From Sminthopsis crassicaudata (taxonomy: Eukaryota), in NCBI RefSeq assembly GCF_048593235.1, contig NC_133619.1, forward strand, positions 651,164,558 to 651,228,557: a stretch of 64,000 nt of DNA, given 5' to 3'. The notes under the pieces were generated by a model. It had not been told where the DNA came from and made no database searches. It saw nothing but the letters and a program-made list of their open reading frames with translations. Shown here in pieces: positions 1 to 10,370 of this stretch. The translations under genes were made by a program, and so were the position numbers. Each line of letters starts with the position of its first letter. The stretch's first letter is position 1.

Positions 1-743
1 GGCAGCCCCTGCATTCTCCCTAGCCCTCGAGGTCCGGCTCTTTGTCCCATCTCAGAGTTCCGAGTACTTCGGACATAGCCGGGACCGCCACGTCTTCCTG
101 GAGAGATCGGCGGTCCTCCCGGGGGAGGAGCAGACAGGCGTCCTGGGCCGCCGCTAGGTCTCCCCAGGAAGCCGGAGATGTTGGCTGTCTCTCCGGCTCC
201 CCCGGGGCTCTCTGGGCGCCGAGTGAGCTCTCCCACAGAGCAGCTCTAGACTGTCCCCTCCCCCTGGAACAGCTTGCACTGCCCCCGGTGGCTCCCCAGG
301 AGGTCCGGGGCTGAAAGCATCTCTGCGTCCTTTCTGGCTGGCCTGCCATCGTCATCATCCCTTTCCCCTTGAGCTGGTCAGTCCGAAAGCCGGCTGTGTC
401 TCCATCCCCCGTCTGGACCATGTCCCCATCCCCCAGAGCACTCGGCAGGTCTAGGCGGCCCTAACCTACTTCCAGCCGAGCCCACCCCATCGAAGTCCGG
501 GCCTCCTGTTTCCTCGAGTTCCCAGGATCTCTGCCTCGGTCTCCCTCTAGCCCTTCTCCTCTGCCTCAGAGTCCCTGACTCACTGTCTCCTTCCTGGGAG
601 CCCCCGATTTTCCTGAGCCTTAGTTTCCTTCTCTGTAAAAGGCGGGGTCCGTCCCAGCGGACTCGGAGACCCTTAGGGCCTCCCCCTGGGTCCGCCTCTC
701 TCAGGGTCTCCCCATCCCCCCGGGCCACCCTTGCGGTCCTCAC

Positions 744-1068
744 CTCCAGGTAACTCAGCAGGGCCACAGGTCTCCCTGTTGGGGGGCAGGTCTTCCAGCC
801 AGAGCCTCTTGGCACACACTCGCCACAGCCCGAGGTGGGCAGCTTCACACACGCCACTCGTGCCGTTGCCCCTTTTGGTGCCCAGCTCCACCCAGAACTC
901 AGTGCCCACGGCCAGGACCGCCAGGGCCGTGCCCATGCCGGCCAGCAGTAGGGCCAGCTTGATCGGGCCGCGGCGCTCCCGGGCCAGGCCGGGCCTTTGG
1001 GCTCTCCTCCGCGCTGCGTCAGCCCGGCGTCTTTCCTCCTCCTGGATGAAAAAGTTAGACCACATCAT
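744..1068 (-). CDS. CACNG6: Voltage-gated calcium channel gamma-6 subunit, coding exon 1 (remaining exons lie left of the window)
   Basis: MMWSNFFIQEEERRR...KLALLLAGMGTALAVLAVGTEFWVEL...CEAAHLGLWRVCAKRLW...CGPAELPG matches the CACNG6 N-terminus. Ends at GGAG|GTGAG donor, phase 1, 325 nt. Confidence 0.96.
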
Positions 1069-2068
1069 GGTGGCTGGGGGAGAAGGGGTCCAGCCCCACC
1101 GGGCTCCCCCAGGCCCCAGGTGGCTGGCCGGGCCTCCAGCTCAGGCTCGGCCCCCAGCCCCACTTCTCTCCCCGGCCGCTCGGGGTCCCCGGCACCGCTG
1201 CCCCCAGCACGCTCTGCTCCGACTGTGGCCTCCCCCCTGACCCACACAGACAGGCAGGCGGCCCTCCCCCCAAGCGAGGCCTCTGGGGCTATTTTGGGCC
1301 CCACCATGTAAGTAACACCCGCACCTGTTGTGGGTATTTTAAGGGAACAAGTGGAGGGAGGGAGGCTGGGGTGGGAGGAGCTGGAGCCTGGATGCCTGGG
1401 CCCTGGAGAGGGCAGGGACTGGGGGAAAGGGATGCCTGGGTCCTCCCAAGGGAGGGAGAGATGAAATCTGGCCTTCCCCTAGGAAGGGGGCCCAGCTGGA
1501 ATAACAGCCCACACCGTTCTCTTCATCAACTTTATTAGACAGGACACCCTCACCGGGTGGTCCGTGCCAGCCCAGCCCCGAGCCTGCAGCCCCAGCCGGC
1601 AACCGGGACCGGGACATCCGCAGGGTGAGGCGCCGGAGCCAGGCCCGTCAGGGAGGCAGGGATGGAGGCAGATTGCGATCCTGCCTCCCGGTGACAACAG
1701 CTGACCGGATGCCCTTCGGCTCGCCCTATCCCAGATTCCTCAGCCCCTCCCTCTGGCCGCTGGCCCTCAGCATCTCTCTGCAGCCGTTAAGCCTTCCCTG
1801 TCTCTCCCATCGGGCCTCCCTACTTGTACCTCTCTCCCTCCGGTGTGTCCCCTTGTCTCTGGGTCACTGTCTCATCTCCAGGGGTGACGCGTATCTGTGC
1901 AGAGCTCAGTAGGAGCCTTTGTCCCTCTGCCCTCCCATGGCTCTCTGGGCTCATCTACTCTGCATTTGATGCCGTGTCTGTGTACGCGCGGGTGCGTGTA
2001 TACACTTACACGCACACACAGAAATGTCTGCTGTCTCTTCTGTTCCGAGCGCTGTGTCCTTTGGGGGC

Positions 2069-2137
2069 TTTATTATTCTAGTCATTTGATGCTGATTTTT
2101 CATGTCTTTGTCACTCCTTTGCATCCCTCACTTTATT
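2069..2137 (-). terminator. Candidate CACNG8 polyadenylation signals
   Basis: AATAAA on minus at 2069-2074 and 2132-2137, in an AT-rich island; another at 1531-1536. Confidence 0.45.
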
Positions 2138-2929
2138 ATTTTATAGTAATTTGATTTTTCGCGTCTTTATCACTCCTTTGCTTGCTGGTTGATTGTCCCC
2201 GGCCTAGACAGATTCTCTTCCCTCTATTACTTTATAGTGATTTGATTATTTGATAGTAATTTGATTTTTCGTGTCTTTGTCCCTCCCTTGCTTGCTGGTT
2301 GACTGTCCTTCGGCTGGCACCCTCTGCCCTCTCTACATCTGCCTGTCCTCCCCGGGCTCCTCCTCTGTCTGTGAGCTCCTCCCGTGCCCCGGGCTCGGTG
2401 CTAAGCAGCGGGTTCACGCGCTGGCTTTCCCTACTTTTCCTCCTCTCCCCCAAAGTCTCCTTCCGTCGGCCTCCGAGGGAGAGGAGCATGGCATTGTGGG
2501 TAAATGTACAAGCGGCCGTCTCGGAGTCTCCCCCATTCTGGGCCTCTCCTTCCCCACCCTCTTTGCTCTGCCTCCCTCTGGCTTTCCCATTCTGTGTGTC
2601 AGGGTCCCCTGTGCTCCCTGGACCGGGCCAGGTAAGACCCTCCCCAACCCCATTCCCGCCCCCCCCATGCAAACAGCAAAAAAAATACAATTTGAAAACT
2701 GCAAAAAACACTACAGCCCCCCCAGCCCCGCCCCCGCCCCCCACGTCCCCGGTCTGGATCCCGTCGTGTCCCTGCCGCGGTGGGTGGTGGGTGGGCCGGG
2801 ATCCCCAGCCTCCCACGTCCAGGCTGGGCCGAGCGTCGGCTGCCGGCCCCCTTCTCGGCGCCTCGTGGCTCGTCCGCTCGCCCGCCAGCGGGCCCCCACC
2901 CCCTCCCAGCACCCCGGCCGGCCCGCCCC

Positions 2930-3665
2930 CTACACCGGCGTGGTCTTCCTGTTCAGGGTGTTGGTGTTGGACGCCCCGCTGGCTGCCGCCTCTTTACTGA
3001 GGGTCCCGGCGGCCCCGGGGGCGGAGCCCGGCCCGGTCACGGTCACCGTCACCCCGCTGGCTTCCTTGGGGAAGGCGTTGTGCAGCGTCAGGAAGCCCGA
3101 GCCCGAGCGCTCCCGCTCGGCCGTCCGTAGGGACCCCCCGCCCCGCCCCCGCCCCCGCCCCCGCCGCCGCCGCCGCCGCCTCCTCCGGGCGGCCCTCCGA
3201 GCCCGGCGCCCACGCTGCCTTTGGACGGGTCTCGGCTCAGCGTGTACATGGAGATGTCCGTGGAGGGGAAGCCCTGCGGCGACGTGTCCCGAGAGGGCGA
3301 GGGCTCGCTCGAGCGGGAGCTGGAGCGCGAGCGGCGGCGGTAGCGGAAGCGGTAGCTGGGCAGGCGGAGGATGGCCGAGGGGGGCCCCCCGCCGCCGCCG
3401 CCGCCCCCGCCGCCGCCGCCGCCCCCGGCCCGGCCGCCGGGCTTGAGCAGGTCCGCCCGGGACTGGCAGTGAGCCTCGCGGTTCCTCTCGATGTAAATGT
3501 TCACGGCGAGCACGCCGATCATCTCGGCCAGGATGAAGGAGAGCCCCCCGAAGTAGAAGGACCAGCCGTACGAGTAGTGGCTCTTCTTCTCGTCGTCCCG
3601 CTTGGGCCCCGGCTCGCCCGCGTTCGCCGAGATGTACACGATCACGCCGATGATGTTGCTGAGCC
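2930..3665 (-). CDS. CACNG8: TARP gamma-8, last coding exon, with an apparent 1-nt frameshift near 3141-3144
   Basis: [41 protein letters not shown]...[19 protein letters not shown]... is in one frame and ...[19 protein letters not shown]...[12 protein letters not shown] (TAG 2930-2932) is in another. The four exons total 1244 nt; adding 1 nt gives 1245 = 414 aa + stop. Confidence 0.9.
3325..3425 (-). ncRNA. Candidate exonic miR-935-homologous hairpin inside CACNG8 exon 4
   Basis: Minus 3359-3337 reads CCAGCTACCGCTTCCGCTACCGC; human miR-935 as recalled is CCAGUUACCGCUUCCGCUACCGC. The upstream (GGC)n tract can pair with it. Processing is not shown by sequence alone. Confidence 0.4.
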
Positions 3666-4167
3666 CTGCCCGGCCGCGCGGGACCCAGGGACCGAGAGAC
3701 GGGCGGCGGGAGGGAGGGAGACACAACCAGGGGGACGGGGAAGGGGCGCAACCGTCAGCCTGGGAGAGCCTCCACAGCCGCCGCGGCGCCCCGCCCCGCC
3801 CCCTCGCCTAAGCCCCGCCTCCTTCCTGCCCGAGCCCGCCCCCTCGCCCAAGGCCTCCAGGGCTCCCCAGAGTCCGGCTCTCCAGAGCCTTCTCCTTTCT
3901 CTAAGCCCCTCCCCTCCTCCGGCCCTTCCAAGTCCTCCCCTTCCAAGCGAGCTCTCTAAGCTTTCCTTTCCTAAACTCGGCGGCCTCCTGGCCTAAGCCC
4001 CGCCCTCCACCTTTCCGAAACCTCTCCCCATCTCTCGTGACCCCGCCTGCAGCCACCGGACTCCCTCCCCCTGACTCCAGCTCCTCCTCTTCTAAGACTT
4101 CCCCCTTCTCAGTTTCCCTCGGGTGCTCTCAAGCCCCGCCCCCTCTTCCAAGTCCTCCCTTCTCCAA

Positions 4168-4410
4168 ACCCCGGCCCTTCTGAGCCCTTCCCCCTTCCAG
4201 ACCCCGGCCCTTCTCCTGAGCCCTTCCCCCTTCCAGACCCCGGCCCTTCTCCTGAGCCCTTCCCCCTTCCAGACCCCGGCCCTTCTCCTGAGCCCTTCCC
4301 CCTTCCAGACCCCGGCCCTTCTCCTGAGCCCTTCCCCCTTCCAGACCCCGGCCCTTCTCCTGAGCCCTTCCCCCTTCCAGACCCCGGCCCTTCTCCTGAG
4401 CCCTTTCCTT
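4168..4410. repeat. 36-bp minisatellite, about 6-7 copies, in CACNG8 intron 3
   Basis: Unit ACCCCGGCCCTTCTCCTGAGCCCTTCCCCCTTCCAG at 4201, 4237, 4273, 4309 and 4345, a shorter copy at 4168, and degenerate copies out to ~4560. Confidence 0.95.
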
Positions 4411-4833
4411 CATAAGCCCCGCCCCTTCGTTTTAGCCCTGCCCCTTCAAAACCCCGCCCCTCTCTTCCAAGTGCTCCCTTCTCCTAAACCCCGCCTTTTC
4501 TCCTGAGCCCTTCCCCCTTCCAGACCCTGGCCCTTCTCCTGAGCCCTTTCCTTTCATAAGCCCCGCCCCTCCGCTTAAGCCCTGTCTCTCCCAAGCCCCG
4601 CCCCTTAGGAGCTCCCCCCATTCCCTAAATTCTTGCCCATCCTCCGTTTGCTGTCCCACTCGGGGTGCTAAATCCCTGCCTCCGTCCCAGCTCCTACCTA
4701 ACTGCCCCCTTCTTGTCTAAGGCTCCCCCTGCCGGCCTCTCTCTGAAGCTCCCTCTGCAGGACCTTCCGAGCTCTTCCCCAGGTCCCGATTCTGCCCTTG
4801 ACCTAGGCTTGACCTTGAGTCCCGCCCTCGCTA

Positions 4834-5094
<261 letters not shown>

Positions 5095-5172
5095 TCACAC
5101 GCAGCCCTCCCCCCTTCCCCAAGACCCGGGGCCGACTTCTCAGCTTCGAGATCCACTCGGAGTAAGAAGGAG

Positions 5173-5317
5173 CCAATCAGAAGGGAGTCCTCGACATCCC
5201 AAAGGGAGGGGCCAATCCCAGTCCTGGATCCCCAGGCTGGCTGATCGGAATACTCCGATTCTCCCCGAGCTCGGAGAGTCCGCCCAGCCAATCAAAAGCC
5301 AGGGGATCCCAGCCAAT
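5173..5317 (+). promoter_or_regulatory. Cluster of four same-orientation CCAAT (NF-Y) boxes in CACNG8 intron 2
   Basis: agCCAATcag 5173, ggCCAATccc 5212, agCCAATcaa 5288, agCCAATggg 5313. Confidence 0.6.
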
Positions 5318-5389
5318 GGGCTTCAAAGATGAGCATCCGAGGCTCCACCCTCTAGGATGGGGGGGGCAACTCCCAATTCCCAGCCCCTA

Positions 5390-5500
<111 letters not shown>

Positions 5501-7244
5501 TTAGCAGGAGGGGGACCCGGTCCGGGACCGGGCCCCTCTGCCTCGCCGACCATTCCCTCTTCCCTCTCCTTCAGTCGGGCGGGGGACTCGGCTCTGGCCT
5601 CCTGCCAAGGGGAGCCCACTGCCCTGCCTCCTTCCCCGGTCTCAGAGGCGGGAGTCCCAGAGACTGAGGGAGGAGAACCGTGGGAGGGTGCACGAGCGGG
5701 AGGGGAGGCAGTTACCTTGGGGGTGTCCGTGTCCTTGCATCAGAAAATGCTCAAGTTGGAAGCTCCAGAGAGATCACCCCCACCCCCATCTCACAGAGGG
5801 CGGTTCTGGGGTTGAAAGGAAGGGGAAAGTTGGCCCAAGGTCTTCCATCCAGTTTCCTTCACTAAGTGGGAGGCTCCCCACACAGGCTCTCCAGAGGTCG
5901 GTGAGCCTAAGCTCCCAGGGTTTCAGTCTCTGACTGATCTCTGTCTTTCGGACTCTGTGTGTGTGTGTGTGTCTGTCTGTCTGTCTCTCAGAGAATGGGA
6001 ATAACTCTAGATTGGGGGTGGGGGGCCCACCACCCCATATGGCTTTAAGCAGGTCCGATTCTCTCCCTTGACCTCCATTTTTGTCCCTGCAAAGTGACAG
6101 TGGGAGGTGAGGGAAGCAGGAAGGAGTTCCCATCCAACGTTCTACAATAGCTACAATATGCTGGGAGGATGGATGAAAAGGGGCAATGAGGCAGAAGCAA
6201 GAGGGGGAGAAAAGAGCAAGATGAGAGAGCCAGAAGCAGAGAGAAAGCAGAGGAACGACGCCCGGAGTCCGGAGCAAGGGCTGGGCCGGGCCCCAACGAG
6301 CAGACCCTTCCCACTTCCCAGAAAAGAGGGAGGAGAGAGGAGGAGTGTAAAACTGTGAGCTCCTTAGGAGCCCCTCACTTAGCATCCTGCCTGGCGCATA
6401 GTAGGCATTTAAAAGCTTGCTCTTTCTTTTCTGACCTTGGGAGGGAGCTCTTAAGGAGACTCAATCATAAGTACCTACTGTATACCGTTCACTGTGCTAA
6501 ATGCGGGGAGTATAAAAGGATGGGGAGAGCTCTTGTTCTCAGCTCAAAGTTTTGCAGTTGAAGAGGATGACCAGCTCCTCTACCTCAGGAAGAAAGGAAC
6601 ATGGGAGAGACAGAAGCAAGAAGGGAAAGAACCCATGAAAACACACAAAGTGGGAAGATGCTCAATGACCAGCATGTGTCTTGGGTCAAACATAAAACTC
6701 CCATTGAACAGATGCGGAGCCTGAGGCTCGGAAAGGACAGGAAGAGGAGGCATCTCTGCTTAGGGGGGATAGAACACCAGGCCTGGAGTTGGGAACATGT
6801 GAGTTCCGACCCAGCCTCGGACACTCCCTAGACCCTGGACAAGTGGCCTTGCCTTGTCTGCCAGGTTCCTCTCCTGTAAAACGGGGATAAATAGCACCTC
6901 TTTCGGGGTTAGAATCAAATGAGATAGTAACTGTCAGGTTTCGCGCGGGGACTAGCACACAGTAGGCACTATATAACTGCTTGTTCCTCCCCAGGCAATG
7001 AACAACGCCAGAGAATTCCAGAGTCAGAGCCAGCCGGGAAAGCTCAGAGACCCTGAGGGTGGGCCAGCGCGGCTCCCGCTCCGGAAGGGTGCCGGGACGC
7101 CTGGGAGGGAGTCTGAGAATGGGAGAAAAGGGCTGGGATGACATTAACCAGAAAGATTGGAGCGGGACCCTCCCACTTCACGGAGAAGCCCGGGGGAGGC
7201 GCATCAGGATGGGCTGGGCGGGCCCTGGGAGGAGCGCGCTGTAC

Positions 7245-7527
7245 CTTCCAGGCAGCAGATCCTCCAGAGGCCGGAGTGGGTCAGCCCCCCGGGGTCCCTC
7301 TTCTCCGCCACCCCGCCGGGCCCTCGAGCTGGGGGGTCCTCGGAGGCAGAGGCGCTCAGGTTGGTGGTGTTGCAGATGAAGGCCCTGGTGTAGAGCCAGT
7401 AGTCGGTGCTGATGGCGATGGTCATGAGGCCGAAGGCGGCGAAGGCACCAACCGTGGTCAGCAGCACCTGGACGCCCTTCTCACACCACAGGCCCCGAGC
7501 CTCTGTCCAGCGCTTCAGGGACTCCAG
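7245..7527 (-). CDS. CACNG8: TARP gamma-8, coding exon 1, initiating at a CUG codon
   Basis: CTG GAG TCC CTG AAG CGC TGG... gives (M)[45 protein letters not shown]...[15 protein letters not shown]. Context agaCTGG. Donor GAAG|GTAC. 283 nt. Confidence 0.93.
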
Positions 7528-7686
7528 TCTGAAGGCTGGCAGCCGGGGGGCCGCCGGCCACCACCGGGGCAGCGGGGGAGGGGCCGTGCCTGCGGCGGGG
7601 GTTGGGCAGGCTCAGGCGAGACAGGGACACCCCCGGGGGGCTAGCGCCGGGCAGCGAAGAGGCACGGGGGCAGCCGAGCACGGGGG

Positions 7687-7701
7687 TCAGCGGGCCGCCA
7701 T
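7687..7701 (-). promoter_or_regulatory. Upstream mini-ORF (MAAR*) 5' of the CACNG8 CUG
   Basis: ctgaccATGGCGGCCCGCTGA with A at -3 and G at +4; its stop ends ~160 nt before the CUG. TSS unknown. Confidence 0.5.
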
Positions 7702-8271
7702 GGTCAGTGGCTAGAGAGAGGAAGACAGGGATTAGGGCGCTCCGCCTCCCCCAGATCCTCTCAGAGGCCAGAGCCCCAGCGCTCCGTCCTGCTCCCAGGG
7801 TGTGGGCTCTGCGGCCCAGCAATCTCTCCCGGCCATTTGCCCAATATTTATCCCCCATCATGCTCCAGTCAAACCCAAGCACCCCAGAGGCCCTCCATGG
7901 CGCCCCATTCCTGCACACACCCTCTCCGGCATTGACCGCCTCGCTTTAAAACCCGACGCCCCTCAGACTCCTCCTGCCAGCCCCTTCCCGATTCCCCCCT
8001 TTGTTAACGTTCCCCAAATCACTGCGCATTTATTCTGTACATATCGTGTCCCACCCACTGGAGAACAGGATATCCGCCTCCTAGAGTGCCGGGCCCTGAG
8101 AGCACGATGGTCTCGTTTTTATATCCATGTCCCCAGTTCCTTGCCTAGCACGCAGTAGGGGCTTAATAAATGCATGTTCCTTGATGGTATTTAGTAACCC
8201 ACATGGCCTTCATAGCTTCTCCGGCTTGTCCTTTTGACCCCAGGCCAGCATCTCCAGGCTCATAGGATTAG

Positions 8272-8720
8272 AAGAATTAGAGCTAGAAGGGAGCTCTGAA
8301 ATCTTCCAGTCCAACCGCCCCATTTCACAGATGGGGAAACTGAGGTCCAGAGAGGAAAAAGGGTTAAATTCTATTCTTTCGTCCTGACTATCCCAAAGCC
8401 TGCAGTTAGTTCTAAACCCAGGAGGAAAAGGAAAGAATTAAAGCTTGGAGGAAGGAGAGAGGGGGCGAGCACTCAGACCCCCAACGAGCCCTCCCTGAAT
8501 ACTTCCCAGAATAATAATAATAAGAGCTAGCAGTTCTAGAGCTCTCCCAGGTTTGAAAAGCACTCTAAATATTTTATCTCATTGGATCCTCATAACAAAC
8601 TCTATGAGGGAGGTCTCTCGTTTACATATGGGGATGCATTTTATTCTACATGAGGAAACTGAGCTTGAAAGTGATTGTGACTAGACCCAGGCTAGAACAG
8701 GAGTTCTAGTCTCCAAGTTC
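8272..8720. mobile_element. MIR/CORE-SINE fragments upstream of CACNG8
   Basis: CCCATTTCACAGATGGGGAAACTGAGG core, then AATAATAATAATAAGAGCTAGCA...GATCCTCATAACAA...GAGGAAACTGAG. Confidence 0.7.
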
Positions 8721-10356
8721 AACACGCAGATGCTACTCTCTCCCCCCACTCCCAGTTCACCCATGTGTCTTCATATTTTGTTACATCTGCTTCTGCCCAC
8801 AGGATCCTCGGAGTAAGGATGCTCGGGGCTCACACACTGCTCAGCACTAGCTTTGTGGCCCTGGACAAATGATGCCTTTTTCCTGTCCTTTAGTCTTCTC
8901 ATGTGTCAAATGCAAGTTTTGGGCTAGAAAATGACCTTTGGGGTCTTTTGGGGGCTCTAAACCTCTGATTCTATGACTTAGACAACCTCCCCTGATGCAT
9001 TATTATAGAGGATATCTTGGCCGTTTAACAGAAATGGAAACTGAGGCTTGGAGACGATAAGGGACTAAAATTTCTCCCTCGGCCATTCCCAGCCTTCTCA
9101 TCTCAGATATTGGGGGGAGGGGTTAGAAACAGACCAGGACCCCCTGCCCAAAGCCCTCCCTCTCAAGCCCTCTGGGCTGTGGATCAGCATCCATGGATTA
9201 CTGTTGCCTTCTTCCCTCATCTCCACCTTCTGTCACATCTCCTCCTCCCATGGCAACCTCTGCCCCATCGTGACCTTGACTATCATGGTTCCTCACTGTT
9301 GACCCCCTCGCCATAGAATCCTAAATTTTCAAACCAAGAGATCTTGGGGATCAGAGTTTAACCACCTCATTTAGTGGGGGAGAAAATGAATTCATACAAG
9401 GGACTCGGATTCTCCCCTCCTCCCGCTGCCACCTGAGTTCCCAATCTTTCCACTCTGTCCCAGAGGCCAGGAAGAGAAGCACAAGGATGAGAAAGAAGAG
9501 ACCCCCTTTCACATATCTCCTGCCCCCTAAGCCCCTGTCAGTAGCCATGCCCCTCTTGGCTTATTGTCCGGTCCCTGTATTAGGTAGCTGCTGGTTCCCA
9601 GCACTCCTTGGCCCACTGCTGACCCCATAGCCCCATTACCTCTGTCTTCTAGCTCCAAAATGCCTCATCCTGAGCATAACCCCCCAGTCTCACAGAGACC
9701 TAGAGTGGGGATCTTGAGAGAAGAGAAGGTGGGGACCATGACGAAAGAATTCTCTCCCCCCCCCCACCGTTCCCAGAGGCTTTCCTTGGTGACCACCATT
9801 TCTTCTGGCTTACCCTCATCCCCACCCACTCTCTCGTTTCCTGCTGCTCAAAGAAACCCCTGACTTTATCCTCTTCCGCCCCTTCAACCGGACTTCCAAC
9901 AGTCCCCTCCAATTTTATAGAACCCTAGATTCATAGCTCAGTGGAAAATAAAGGAATCTTAAAAAATTATTGGTCCAGATTTATTTTACAGGGAAGGAAA
10001 CTGAGGCACAGGGGAGGAAAAAGAACATTTTTTAACCACTCTCTCCCTTGGCACTCACAACCCCCACACTCAGAGAGCTGACAGACATGAAGCATAAGAG
10101 GGTTTAGAACCCCCGCCCTACAGAACTCCCTCCTTGGACCCCCAGCTTCTACTCAGCTGACAGTCACTTCATTTCCACCTCCTGCTACTTCTTCCCTTCC
10201 CCCCAGCACCCCCAATCTCAGACTCCTCCCCCCTCCCCCAGATCTCTCTCAGAACCTAGAATGCCTAGGTTCTCGGGCACCGTAACCTTGGCTGCTGCCT
10301 CAGTTTCTCCCCCATTCCTCCTATTAGCTAAAGAGGGGCCGGATGTAGGGGAGGTG

Positions 10357-10370
10357 GTCACCATGGCAAC
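10357..10370. promoter_or_regulatory. RFX X-box between CACNG7 and CACNG8
   Basis: GTCACCATGGCAAC. Confidence 0.65.

Noticed and set aside
1-40. GGGAGAATGCA on minus, resembling the 'GENA' codons of CACNG6 exon 2
   Set aside because: The flanking codons do not give YFKFFTT or RIFQRT and there are no fitting splice sites, so exon 2 lies outside the window.
4168-4410. 36-bp direct repeats resembling a CRISPR array in length
   Set aside because: Units are contiguous with no unique spacers, the context is a mammalian intron and there are no cas genes. It is a minisatellite.
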